Source: Octopus sinensis
Taxonomy: Eukaryota
Assembly (NCBI RefSeq): GCF_006345805.1
Contig: NC_043023.1
Span: 19,034,001-19,098,000, forward strand
Length of the DNA stretch: 64,000 nt
Direction of reading: 5' to 3'
A model generated the notes under the pieces. The model saw only the letters and a list, made by a program, of their open reading frames with translations. It was not told the DNA's origin and searched no databases. Position 1 is the stretch's first letter. The number at the start of each line of letters is the position of its first letter. Positions 1 through 12,090 of the stretch are shown here, piece by piece. Made by a program: the position numbers and the translations under genes.

Positions 1-211
1 CACACCAGCATCGGTTGTCAAGCAACGCTAGGGGGACAAACACACTCAAACACACACATGCACACACATATATATATATACATATATATACGATGGGCTT
101 CTTTCAGTTTCCGTCTACCAAATCCACTCACAAGGCTTTGGTCGGCCCGGGGCTATAGTAGAAAACACTTGCCCAAGGTGCCACGCAGTGGGACTGAACC
201 TGGAACCATGT
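1..211 (-). mobile_element. tRNA-derived SINE family A, partial
   Basis: Reverse complement of the ~400-bp GGAGTGGCTGTGTGGTAAG...GGGTTCAGTCCC...GAAACAAGTAAAAGAG element that recurs about 17 times in the window. Confidence 0.85.
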
Positions 212-345
212 TGGCGTTAGGAAGGGCATCCAGCTGTAGAAACACTGCCAGATCAGACTGGGCCTGGTGCAGCCTTCTGGCTTCCCAGACCCCAGTCGAA
301 CCGTCCAACCCATGCTAGCATGGAAAGTGGACGTTAAACGATGAT
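212..345 (-). mobile_element. SINE-like family B fragment
   Basis: Reverse complement of TTTAACGTCCGCTTTCCATGCTAGCATGGGTTGGACGG... also present at 1600, 10148, 46383. Confidence 0.7.
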
Positions 346-596
346 AATGATAATGATGATGATGATGATGAATTAGATAATAATAATTAACACTTCTATA
401 TAGAATTTAACATTATATACATAGGCAGTTTGAGAGAAGGCTTTGAATGTGTAGTTCTCTGTTCAAATATTAACACTTTAGCATTTAAATTGGCCATATC
501 TGGTTAAAATCTTCCAGACGTTTTCTGTCCAAAGGGGCCAGATCCAGCCTCTCACATCTACCCTCAACTGCTAGGGTGTGGCACTTTTTTTACACA

Positions 597-988
597 AGGC
601 TGTGTGGTAAGTAGCTTGCTTACCAACCACATGGTTCCAGGTTCAGTCCCACTGCGTGGTACCTTGGGCAAATTTCTTCTACTATAGCCTCGGGCCAACC
701 AAAGCCTTGTGAGTGGATTTGGTAGACGGAAACTGAAAGAAAACCGTCATATATATGTATGTGTGTGTGTGTTTGTGTATCTGTGTTTGTCTCCCTATCA
801 TTGCTTGACAACCGATGCTGGTGTGTTTATGTCCCCCGTTACTTAGCGGTTTGGCAAAAGAGACCGATAGAATAAGTACTGGGCTTACAAGAAGAATAAG
901 TCCCGGGGTCGAGTTGCTTGATTAAAAGGCGGTGCTCCAGCATGGCCGCGGTCAGAAGACTGAAACAAGTAAAAGAGTAAAAAGAGAG
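597..988 (+). mobile_element. SINE family A, near full length
   Basis: A/B-box-like head (TGGTAAGTAG / GGTTCAGTCCC), internal TA/TG tract, GTAAAAGA-type tail. Confidence 0.85.
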
Positions 989-1047
989 AGTAATCCTGTT
1001 GATAAAAAAATCTGAAAATCAAACATTTTTGTTTTCATCTTTTACAG

Positions 1048-1086
1048 ACTCGACAAGCAGTGAAGGGTACAATATTACCCGAAATA
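1048..1086 (+). CDS. Candidate 39-nt internal exon (DSTSSEGYNITRN) of a membrane protein
   Basis: Acceptor tttcatcttttacAG, donor GTaagt, phase 1-1; joins in frame to 2741; contains an N-I-T sequon. Confidence 0.55.
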
Positions 1087-1277
1087 GTAAGTAGATTAAT
1101 AATCCCTTTTTGCCTTTTAAACTAGACATTACTATTTCAGTTTCGTTTTCTATTTCTCCCCCTTGACTTAGAGTTTTCAGTCACTGTTTTTTAATCCCTG
1201 TTGTCAATGGAGTATTGGGTTTAATACCACCCAACCTGAAGAAACATTTGGAAAGTTTAGAAAAACCCTACAGTTTA

Positions 1278-1436
1278 GGAGTGGCTGTGTGGTAAGTAGC
1301 TTGTTTACCAACCACATGGTTCCGGGTTCAATCCCACTGCATGGCATATTGGGCAAGTGTCTTCTACTATAGCCTCGGGCCGACCAAAGCCTTGTGAGTG
1401 GATTTGGTAGACGGAAACTGAAAGAAGCCCATCATA

Positions 1437-1440
<4 letters not shown>
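1278..1440 (+). mobile_element. SINE family A head, truncated at (AT)n
   Basis: Matches the family A 5' half. Confidence 0.8.
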
Positions 1441-1510
<70 letters not shown>

Positions 1511-1599
1511 TACGACGGGCTTCTTTCAGCCCATATATATGTATATATATATTTATTTATATATATATATATATATATCATCATCATCATCATCATCAT

Positions 1600-2060
1600 C
1601 ATTTAACGTCCGCTTTCCATGCTAGCATGGGTTGGACGGTTCAACTGGGGTCTGGGGAGCCCGAAGGCTGCACCAGTCCAGTCAGATCTGGCAGTGTTTC
1701 TACAGCTGGATGCCCTTCCTAACGCCAACCACTCCGAGAGTGTAGTGGGTGATTTTATGTGCCACCGACACAGGTGCCAGACGAGGCTGGCAAACGGCCA
1801 TGCTCGGATGGTTTTTTATGTGCCACCGACACAGGTGCCAGACGAGGCTGGCAGACGGCCACGCTCGGATGGTGTTTTTATGTGCCACCGACACAGGTGC
1901 CAGATGAGGCTGGTAAACGGCCACGATCGGATGGTGTTTGTTACGTGCCCGCAGCACGGAGGCCAGTCGACGCGGTACTGGCTACGGCCACGTTCGGATG
2001 GTTTTCTTGTGTGCCACCGGCACTGGTACCACAAAGATACAAATTCCATTGATGTTCATC
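1600..2060 (+). mobile_element. SINE-like family B with internal ~55-bp tandem subrepeats
   Basis: Near-identical to 46383-46855; three ATGTGCCACCGACACAGGTGCCAGA units. Confidence 0.75.
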
Positions 2061-2283
2061 TATTTTGATTTGTTTTGATTTTCACTTGCCTCAACAGGTC
2101 TTCACAAGTGTCACAAGAAGGAAGGTATGCACAGGTGGACTGACTACGTCCCAGGTAGGGGTCACGGGTTATGGCCTGACTAGTCTTGCCGGGTCTTTGG
2201 ATGGTGTTTTTATGTGCCACCGACATAGGTGCCAGATGAGGCTGGCGAATATATATATATGTGTAAATATATATATATATATG

Positions 2284-2319
<36 letters not shown>

Positions 2320-2327
<8 letters not shown>

Positions 2328-2668
2328 TACGACGGGCTTCTTTCAGTTTCCGTCTACCAAATCCACTCACAAGGCTCTGGTCGGCCCGAGGCTATAGTAG
2401 AAGATACTTGCCAAGGTGCCACGCAGTGGGATTGAACCCGGAACCATGTAGTTGGTAAACAAGCTACTTACCACACAGCTACTCCTGCGCCTATATATAT
2501 ATATACATATATACGACGGGCTTCTTTCAGTTTCCGTCTATCAAATCCACTCACAAGGCTCTGGTCGGCCCGAGGCTATAGTAGAAGATACTTGCCCAAG
2601 GTGCCACGCAGTGGGATTGAACCCGGAACCATGTGGCTGGTAAGCAAGCTACTTACCACACAGCCCCA
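2320..2668 (-). mobile_element. Two tandem SINE family A heads
   Basis: Two successive reverse-complement copies of the family A 5' half. Confidence 0.8.
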
Positions 2669-2670
2669 AT

Positions 2671-2701
<31 letters not shown>

Positions 2702-2740
2702 CAAAAAAAAAAAAAATGTTTTATTTTTCCTCTTTTGCAG

Positions 2741-2922
2741 ATCCGGAAACAAAAGCAAAAAGACTTGAATTTAATGAAACAGGAACCAGTGATACACACA
2801 GCATTTTCTCAGTCGGTTTTGTCAATCTCGGCATTATCATTTTAATTGTAACTGGTCTCTGCCTTTACAAGTTTAAGAAACATCGAAGGAACCACTCAAA
2901 GTATAAGAATGTTATATTCTGA
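2741..2922 (+). CDS. Exon encoding stalk, transmembrane helix and basic stop-transfer tail of a type I membrane protein (terminal, or spliced at 2900/2901)
   Basis: Acceptor tttttcctcttttgcAG; translation PETKAKRLEFNETGTSDTHSIFSVGFVNLGIIILIVTGLCLYKFKKHRRNHSKYKNVIF*; hydrophobic stretch followed by KFKKHRR; N-E-T sequon. Confidence 0.65.
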
Positions 2923-2956
2923 GATTTCTTTTTTTTTTTCGTTTTTTTTTTTTTAA

Positions 2957-3559
2957 CCCTTTAGTGTTTAAACCGGCCATATCCAGCCCGAAGTATTCTA
3001 CAAGTTTTATATTCAAACTAGCCAGATCCAGCCTCTCACACCTAACCTACATTGACATTCTAAAAATAAACAATAACATCATTGAAACTTCAAAGCTATA
3101 AGATAATGCATGATTAATTCAAAACAATTTGAGTGAAAGAGTATTACACTTGCGTCAGAAATTAATTAGCACTTCTCAAATTTCTACATTAAATAGGTTA
3201 AATCAATTAACCTATGAGCTGTTCAAAACGTCTTACGCGATGAGAAAACTTAGTATGGTGTGATTTCGGTCCTTGCGAGGCGCTACCTATATCTATTAAA
3301 CAAAGGAAGATTTGTCTGCATCCGCACTCCAAGTTGTTGTTGCACTGCTATGTCAACATCATAAGGCTGTAGACTCTCAAACTGCTCTGCAAACAAAGTT
3401 ACGTCATCGTTCTGCGCAACAGTGAACTCGCAACAAAGCAATAGTTCGAGATATGGCCACTAGGTGGCAGCACATACCTTGAGTGAAGAGCAAATCAAGG
3501 GTGCTAATTAATTTCTGACGGTAGTGTATATTTAACAGAGTAATCTGAACACTAAAGGG
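2957..3559. mobile_element. piggyBac-like MITE (TTAA TSD) carrying a nested insertion
   Basis: TTAA|CCCTTTAGTGTT...AACACTAAAGGG|TTAA, perfect 12-bp TIR. Confidence 0.8.
3147..3526. mobile_element. Tc1/mariner-type MITE (TA TSD) nested in the piggyBac-like MITE
   Basis: TA|CACTTGCGTCAGAAATTAATTAGCAC...GTGCTAATTAATTTCTGACGGTAGTG|TA, ~26-bp TIR. Confidence 0.8.
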
Positions 3560-3657
3560 TTAAATTATATTTCAATAATGGTCAGCTCTGTTTGTAGACT
3601 TTCACTGATTGCATTAGCATAATTGGCTTTTTGTTATAAACTATCTCCAAATTTTAT

Positions 3658-3915
3658 ACATCATCATCATCATCATCTTCATAATAATCATCCTCACAAC
3701 AATCCTCCTCCTTCTCCCCCTCCTCCTCCTCATCATCATCATTCTCATCATCATCATCATCATCATTTTCATCATCATCATCATCATCACCATCAATATG
3801 AGCATCATCATCATCATCATCATTCTCATCATCATCGTCATTGTCATCATCATCATCATCGTAATCGTCATCATCACCATCATCATCGTCGTCGTCATCG
3901 TCATCATCATCATCG

Positions 3916-3967
<52 letters not shown>

Positions 3968-4235
3968 CATCATCGTCATCACCATCTTCATTATCATCAT
4001 CCTCATCATCATCATCACCATCACCATCATCATTCATCATCATCATCACCATCATCTTCTTCATCCTCATCATCTTCATCATCATCATCATTATCATCAT
4101 CATCATCGTCGTCATCATCATCATCATCATTATCGTCGTCATCATCATCATTATCATCATCATCATCATCTGCATCATCATCATAATCATCATCATCATG
4201 CCCCTCCTCCTCATCATCCTCATAATACTCATAAT
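3658..4235. repeat. Imperfect (CAT)n microsatellite
   Basis: ~580 bp of CAT/CGT/CCT triplets. Confidence 0.95.
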
Positions 4236-4334
4236 GATGCGCGTACGTGCATATAGGAATGTGTGTGTATTTCTTTTGTATTTACCTGTTTAATTACATA
4301 TCCATTTACCTACCTGTATATATTTTTTTATTCT

Positions 4335-4525
4335 TTTATTCTTCTACTTGTTTCAGGTCAGATCAATACATTTAGTCGAAGAAATCAACAACAGGGACTT
4401 ATTCTTTGTAAGGCTACTTATTCTATCAGTCTCTCATGCCGATCCGCTAAGTTACGGGGACATAAACACACCAACACCGGTTGTCAAGCGATGGTGGCAG
4501 GGTAGAGGGACAAACACAGGAACAC
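4335..4525 (-). mobile_element. SINE family A, 3' half
   Basis: Diverged reverse-complement match to the family A tail. Confidence 0.7.
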
Positions 4526-4576
4526 ACACACAAGTATTAATATATATATATATATGTGTATATATATATAGGTATG

Positions 4577-4652
<76 letters not shown>

Positions 4653-4666
4653 TATATATATATATG

Positions 4667-4896
4667 TTGTTGTATTTTGGAATGGTCATGTTGCCAGTTT
4701 AGCCAATAAAAACACACGCACTATATATTTGGTGTTATGTTGCTTCAGTGTTATTTATTTTTTACATTAATCTGGCCGAAATAAGATTAAGATTAATGTA
4801 AAAATTAAATAACACTGAAGCAAAGTAACGCCAAATATATAGTGCGTGTGTTTTTATTGGCTAAACTGGCAAAATGACCATTCCGAAATATAACAA
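4667..4896. mobile_element. Foldback/MITE-like element with ~95-bp inverted arms
   Basis: 4667-4760 is the near-perfect reverse complement of 4803-4896. Confidence 0.75.
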
Positions 4897-4944
4897 TATC
4901 TGTTTCAACACATGACTTCACAAAAAAAAATCTTGCACAACAAA

Positions 4945-4970
4945 TATATATATATATACATACACACATA

Positions 4971-5002
<32 letters not shown>

Positions 5003-5159
5003 CATATATATATATGTGTGTATATATATATATAATATATATATATATACACATACATATATATATATACATACATATATATATACATATATATATACAT
5101 ACATATATATGTATATATATATATATGTATGTATATATATATATGTATATATATATATG

Positions 5160-5205
<46 letters not shown>

Positions 5206-5286
5206 CATATATATATATATACATACATATATATACACATACATATATATATATATACATACATATATATATATATATATATATGT

Positions 5287-5323
<37 letters not shown>

Positions 5324-5360
5324 CATACATATATATATATATACATATGTATATACATAT
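4945..5360. repeat. (AT)n/(ATAC)n compound microsatellite
   Basis: Direct inspection. Confidence 0.95.
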
Positions 5361-5639
5361 ATTTTTAATAATATATTCTATTATTATTAATATAACGAAA
5401 TCAATATTGAATTTTTCACAAAGATATACCCATATGAAAGACTTTATGTATTAAAAATGTATATAAATAAATAAATAAATATTATAAAATATAAATATGA
5501 TGTATAAAATAAATTTGAAAGTTTAAAAGTTTTGAATTAAGTTTTTAAGCATCTTACGATTGTTTCACAAAAAGGTTGACCCTACAATGAAGTCCTATAT
5601 TGATAAGCACTTATAGACAACCCTATTGCTTTTCAGGCC

Positions 5640-6129
5640 TTCTTCTATCATGTTCTCAATTTTGGTCAACTGGCGCCACAGGGTCTCAGAGAAGATAGTG
5701 TTAGTTGAAGGCTACCAAACCTGCCATACACAGACAACTTCAGCTTTATATATATACTAGCAGTATCGCCCGGCATTGCTCGGGTTTGTTTCGACCCTTT
5801 AGAATTGGAATTTTTGAAAAGTAAAAATTTTGCATTATGTAGCTTGTTATCCTCTTTAAGTGAACATTTTTCTGGTTGAAATACACCAAAAAATGGCGAC
5901 ACAGCAGTCAAAAAATCGTAATAAATAGAGATTTTCAAAGAAAAAAAAGCACCTTTTTGATGTAAACAATTTTTGGTGTTAACATGGTCCAATTTGAATT
6001 TTTACTTCTACGGAAGGAAGAGCAACCCTTCTTCTATCATACTCTCAATTTTGGTCAACTCGTGTCGCAGAGTCTCAGAGATAGTGTTAGTTGAAGGCTA
6101 CCAAACCTGCCATACACAGACAACTTCAG

Positions 6130-6170
<41 letters not shown>

Positions 6171-6312
6171 AGCAGTGTAACCCGGCGTTGGTCAGGTTTG
6201 TTTCGACCCTTTAGAATTGGAATTTCTGAAAAGTAAAAATTTTGCATTATGTAGCTTGTTATTCTCTTTAAGTGAACATTTTTCTGGTTGAAATACACTG
6301 AAAAATGGTGAC
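5640..6312 (+). mobile_element. Head-to-tail copies of a ~380-bp non-autonomous element, probably Helitron-like
   Basis: 3' end at 5640-5747, full unit 5756-6133, next 5' part from 6168; unit starts ACTAGCAGTATCGCCCGG and ends CAGCTTT+(AT)n; no TIR or TSD seen. Confidence 0.45.
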
Positions 6313-6865
6313 AAATAATTCCAGGTGGGGAACCTATATGCCAAGGAAACCGGGAAACTGGCCCTTATGAGCCAGGAATGGCTCGAGAAGGAACAAACAA
6401 CAAAAAAATCCGTGAGTGTAGTGGGTGCTTTTTACATGCCACCGGCACAGGGGCCAGAGGAGGCTGGCAAACGGTCGTGATCGGTTGGTGCTTTTACGTG
6501 TCACCAACATGGACACCAGTCAGGCGGTGCTGGCATCTACCACGTTCGGACGGTGCTTTTTAAGTGTCACCGGCACGGGTATCTTAACTTCAATTTCCAT
6601 TTGATTTTCATTTTGATGTCGGTCAGGGGTTTCCACACAGTTTCCATCATCCAAATTCACTCACAAGGTATGTAAACAAGTTGTCATTTTGATTCTTGCT
6701 GTTCCCCATGCATACAACGATGTATTACGTATCCTAGCAGAAAGATCACCCTCCAGATGGGTAGTCATGATGGGTATACTGGGCTTCGTATATTTTACCC
6801 CAGTGTCACTTTGATGGCATGCACTGCTCTCTCATTCAATAATAATAATAATAATAATAATAATG

Positions 6866-6894
<29 letters not shown>

Positions 6895-6897
<3 letters not shown>

Positions 6898-7930
6898 CTG
6901 AACAACCCGAGGGAAGTACGGCAACTATTGTTGCAAAGAAGGTGAAAATGATGGCAACGAAAAAAGCGCACGAGCAATTGGCTGATAGGTGGGAGGAGAA
7001 CCTCTGCACGGCAAATATGTGACCTGCAGCAAACAAGCTGATGTTGACCAGAAGCAAACCCATCAGTGGCTACGGAGCTCAGGGCTAAAAGCAGAGAGCG
7101 AAGGTTTCATCCTGGCTGCTCAAGATCAAAGCCTATTAACCCGGAACTACCAGGCCAATGTGATGAAAAATGGAGCAGACCCAAAATGCCGATTCTGCAA
7201 CGACATGATTGAAACAGTGGACCACCTAATCTCTGGATGTAAAGTCTTAGCACCAGTGGAGTATAAATTAAGACATGACAGAGTTGGCCAATATCTCCAC
7301 TGGCTAATAAGTCGGCATTACAATATCAAAACTGCCGACAAGTGGTATAATCACCACCCTGAGGCTGTAACTGAAGGAGAAAATGTAACCATTCTGTGGG
7401 ACTTTCCAGTACATACAGACCGAACCATCAAGGCCAATAAACCAGATATTGTTGTGAAAGACCAAAACAATAAAGTTTGCTTATTGATCGACATGAGCAT
7501 CCCCTGTGATCATAATATCTCAGCGAAAGAGTTTGACAAGCTCAGAAAATATAAAGACCTACTCATTGAAATTGAGAAAATGTGGCATCTCAAGGCGGTT
7601 ACAATACCAGTGATCGTAGGAGCACTAGGAATGATCAAGAAGGGAACCGAAAATTATATGAGAATGATCCCTGGCTTACCATCCCTGCAAGAAGTGCAAA
7701 AGATTGTCTTAACTGGTACATCACACGTATTGAGAAGAGCATTGTCGATGTGAGAACTGTTGCTGCTCATGTATTTTAATTTAACTTAAAAAAAAAAAAA
7801 AAAAAATGAACGAAGTACTGAGTTTGGTTTAATGGCCTACCAATGAATACTATGAGTTTCTTTGCCCTAGGAGTCGGGAAGACACTCGGCAAGAAATGGA
7901 AGCAAATTTGAAAGAAGAAAAAAAAAAAAG
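6895..7930 (+). mobile_element. 5'-truncated R4/Dong-like non-LTR retrotransposon (zinc knuckle plus restriction-like endonuclease)
   Basis: ORF 6989-7753: CRFC...ETVDHLISGC knuckle, RHD motif, KPDIVV...LIDMSIP...KLRKY REL motif; flanked by (TAA)n. Confidence 0.8.
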
Positions 7931-8011
7931 TAATAATAATAAAAGTGTTATCATGTAAATTGTTTTGTCTTGGTATAAAAGATGGGCTACAGCAAATATT
8001 CTGCTCAATAC

Positions 8012-8240
8012 CTATTTCTTTATTACCCACAAGGGGCTAAACATAGAGGGGACAAACAAGGACAGACATAGGTATTAAGTCGATTACACCGACCCCAGCG
8101 CGTAACTAGTACTTAATTTATCGACCCCAAAAGGATGAAAGGCAAAGTCGACCTCGGCGGAATTTGAACTCACAACATTGCGACAGACGAAATGCCGCTA
8201 AGCATTTCGCCCGGCGCGCTAATGTTTCTGCCAGCTTGAA
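8012..8240 (-). mobile_element. tRNA-derived SINE family D (Deu/Nin-like core)
   Basis: Core rc CCTTTCATCCTTTTGGGGTCGATAAATTAAGTACTAGTT, B-box rc GTTCAAATTCC. Confidence 0.7.
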
Positions 8241-8744
8241 GGCGGTGCTCCAGCATGGCCACAGTCAAATGACTGAAACAAGTAAAAGAGTAAAAGAGAG
8301 TCACAGATTTGCTTGTCAGTTGTTTGACCTTAACCAGTTGACCATGTCCCTTGGTGACTGATGATATGTGCATCTCTGATCATGAGCAGAAGTAGTGGGG
8401 GAGCATCATAGCCATGTGTTGAAAGGAATTCTTAGAGGTTTTGGATAATTTACCTCTGGAAACATGGGTGTTTCGTTCAACATCCTTAAACAATCCTTAT
8501 TCAGGGACCTTTTGAGTGGGATGGGCTACTCAATCTGAAGAAAATTCTAACTGGGCCCCACCTGCAAGGTCATGTGCTGTTTATCTTGATATGAGATCAT
8601 CATGTCGCGTATATATGCATGTGATGCATGTGCCTGGTGTACCCTTATCAGACGGGTTATCATGATGGGTATACTGGGCTTCGTATATTTTACCCCAGTG
8701 TCACTTTGATGGCATTCACTACTCTCTCACTCAATAATAATAAT

Positions 8745-9710
8745 AATCCTTTCTACCATAAGTACAAAATCTGAAATTTTGGGGGTGAGGGGGCAAGTCG
8801 CTTACATTGATTCCAGTGTATAACTGGTACTTATTTCATTGACCCCAGAAGGATGAAAGGCAAAGTCTACCTTGGCAGAAAAATAATCCTTTCTACAATA
8901 GGCGTAACACCTGCAATCTTGGAGAGGGGACTAGTCGATTACATCGACCCCAGTATTCAACTATTACTTAATTTATCAACCCCAAAAGGATGAAAGACAA
9001 AGTCGACCTCAGCAGAATTTGAACTCAGAATGCAGTAACAAGTGAAATACTAAGAATTTTGTCTAGTGTGCTAACGATACTGTCTTAATAAAAATGGTTT
9101 CAAATTTCGTTAAAAGGGTAGCCATTTTGAGTTAGGGAATGAGTCGATTACATCGACCCCAGTGTTTCACTGGTACATGATTTATCGACTCCGAAAGGAT
9201 AAAAGGCAAAGCCAGCCTTGGCAGAATTTGAACTCAGAACGTAAAGACAGACAAAATGCTGCTAAGCTTTTCCCTTGATGTGCTAACGATTCCACCAGCT
9301 CACTGCCTTAATAATAATCTTTTCTACTCTAGGCACAAGGCTTGAAATTTTGGCAGAGGGGCCAAATTGATTACCGTAATCCAGGGTGAATAGGGACAGT
9401 GGTTTTTGTATTAAAAAATTGGGTGTGCCAACGAATTTTGATAAAGTTTCAATGTGCGTCGGTAGGTTACCAGTAGGGACATAAACCCCACTAAATTTAT
9501 CTGTAAATGCTATCGCAATCACTTAGTGACATGCATTTAAACCTCAAAATTGTCCCTATTCATCCTGGATTGCGGTATATTGACCCCAGTGAAGGATGAA
9601 AGACAAAGCCAACCTCAGCGGAATTCGAACTCAGAACGCAAAGATAAGTGAAATGACATTAAGCATTTCACCTGGTGTTCTAACGATTCTGCCATCTCGC
9701 CACCTTAATC
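8745..9710 (-). mobile_element. Cluster of 4-5 same-orientation family D SINE copies
   Basis: Repeated GGATGAAAGGCAAAGTCGACC...GAATTTGAACTCAGAA blocks separated by AATAATCCTTTCTAC tails. Confidence 0.7.
9374..9575. mobile_element. 202-bp MITE with TA TSD inserted in a SINE
   Basis: TA|CCGTAATCCAGGGTGAATAGGGACA...TGTCCCTATTCATCCTGGATTGCGG|TA; removing it restores the SINE motif. Confidence 0.8.
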
Positions 9711-10147
9711 CTTTCCACTAAATACACAAGGCCAGCATGCTAACGATTCCACCAGTTTGTTGCCTTGATAATAATACAAAGAATAAAAAAAAATGAATAA
9801 AAACAAAAAAACTGGTGAATTTTTCTTTATAAATTTGTTTTTATTTCAATAAAATTTCATTTTATTTAAAAGTTACAGAATCACAGTTTTTACGTGAAGA
9901 ATAGGTTAAATGATAAAAAAAAAGTTATACACACAGAATATCATGGAAAAATGTTTTTAAAAAATGCATGCATGGGCAGTATAAGAATGAAAGAGTATAT
10001 ATAAGTGTGTATGTGTATACACATGTAATTGTAATAGATGGTGGGCAGTGCAAGTGACACAGGTTGAAAGGACTTTGAGGCCGATCCCCTGGCCCGATGA
10101 AACAAATGCTTTGAAGTTTAATAGCATATCAGGGATCGTGTCATCAT

Positions 10148-10440
10148 CGTTTAACGTCCGTTTTCCATGCTAGTATGGGTTGGACGGTTCAATTGGGGCC
10201 TGGGAAGCCAGGAGGCTGCACCAGGCTCCAGTCTGATCTTGCAATGTTTCTACGGCTGGATGCCCTTCCTAACGCCAACCACTCCGTGAGTGTAGTGGGT
10301 GCTTTTTACGTGCCACCGGGACTAGTGCCAGACGAGGCTGGCAACGCCCACGATCGGGTGGTGCTTTTTACGTGCCAGACGAGGCTGGCAACGGTCACGA
10401 TCGAGTGGTCCTTTTCACGTGCCACCGGCACGGAGGCCAT
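10148..10440 (+). mobile_element. SINE-like family B copy
   Basis: TTTAACGTCCGTTTTCCATGCTAG start plus GTGCCA subrepeats. Confidence 0.7.
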
Positions 10441-10672
10441 CAGTAGATATGATATGAAACTATATAATATTATAGTTTTACATATAGTCATGGCTTATGC
10501 TGGTGTTGCATAAGTGGCACTAGTGCCGGTGGCACGTAAGAAGCACCCGTTTACATTCTTGGAGTGGTTGGTATTAGGAAAGGCATCCAGCCATAGAAAC
10601 CATGCCAAATCAGATTGGAACCTGGGGCAGGTCCCCAGCTTACCAGTTCCCAGCCAAACCGTCCAAACTCAT

Positions 10673-11183
10673 GTCAGCATGGAAAACGGACGTACGATAA
10701 TGATGATGATACTAATAAATTATTTTTAGACCCTTTGATTTTTTGTTTTCTACATGCCCCCATCAATGTCAATTTAAAAAAAAACCCCCCAAAAAAACCC
10801 CAAAAAAAACATCGCGTGTCTCAAGGGTCAAGGAAGATGCCAGCATGGAAAACGGACGTATGATGATGATGATGATGATGATACTAATAAATTATCTTTA
10901 GACACTTTGATTCTTTGTTTTCTACATGCACTCATCAATGTCAATTTCAAAGAAAAAAACAAAAAAAAAACATCGCGTGTCTCAAGGGTCAAGGAAGATG
11001 CCAGCATGGAAAACAGACATATGATGATGATGATGATGATGATGATACTAATAAATTATCTTTAGACACTTTGATTCTTTGTTTTCTACATGCCCCCATC
11101 AATGTCAATTTCAAAAAAAAAAAAAAAAACCCCAAAAAACCCCCCCAAAAAAACATTACGTGTCTCAAGGGTCAAGGAAGATG
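10673..11183. repeat. Three tandem ~161-185-bp units (family B end plus unique flank)
   Basis: Units start at 10673, 10839, 11000; a fourth, dispersed copy lies at 14947-15153. Confidence 0.85.
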
Positions 11184-11675
11184 TCTTCCTTGATCCTTGT
11201 AATTGTAAAAAGGAGTTCAGAATCAAAAGTTAATGGTAAATAAGCAAATGTGGAAATGGCAACAAAGGTGTGTTTAAAAAGATGCTTGTAGCATGTCCGT
11301 ATTAGCAGTTGGAGGGAATTTTATTGAATTGAATGGCAGATTTCTTAAGAATACGGGGGGCGGGGGAAATCATTTCAAATTTTCTATGAGGAAATTCGGA
11401 AACTGATTCATACACCCCCTCGCCACGCCAACCTGTTGTCCAAAAGTTTACAAGTACACCAGTATCAAAGAAATCCCCCCCCCCCCTCCATCGCTTTTTT
11501 TTTGGGGAGATTCTGAATAAATATTGATTGCATAAACTAATGTGGCACAAAATCTGGTCGTAGATGTAGATGAAAGTTTAATACTTAAAATAAAATATCA
11601 AGTTGACAGGGTGATGCAAATGTAATTTATCTCCAGAATATCTTCCCCAAGAATTTGTGAAATTAATTGTAAAGA

Positions 11676-12090
11676 GAGTGGCTGTGTGGTAAGTAGCTTG
11701 CTAAACAACCACATTCCGGGTTCAGTCCCACCGCGTGGCACCTTGGCACCTTTTAACCTTCTACTATAGCCCCGGTCCGACCAATGCCTTGTGAGTGGAT
11801 TTGGTAGACGGAAACTGAAAGAAGCCTGTCGTATATATGTATATATATATATGTATGCATGTGAATATGTTTGTGTGTCTGTGTTTGTCCCCCTAGCATC
11901 GCTTGACAACCGATGCTGGTGTGTTTTCGTCCCCGTCACTTAGCGGTTCGGCAAAAGAGACTGATAGAATAAGTACTGGGCTTACAAAGAATAAGTCCCG
12001 GGGTCGATTTGCTCGACTAAAGGCGGTGCTCCAGCATGGCCGCAGTCAAATGACTGAAACAAGTAAAAAAGAGAAAAGAGAAAGAGAGAG
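11676..12090 (+). mobile_element. SINE family A, full length
   Basis: Head to GAAACAAGTAAAAAAGAG tail. Confidence 0.85.

Noticed and set aside
58-2643. Recurring 60-150-aa ORFs such as ...[11 protein letters not shown]...CHAVGLNPEPCGW
   Set aside because: Translations of SINE families A and B, repeated at many dispersed copies
3623-4256. Poly-His/Met/Asp/Ile ORFs
   Set aside because: (CAT)n microsatellite open in several frames on both strands
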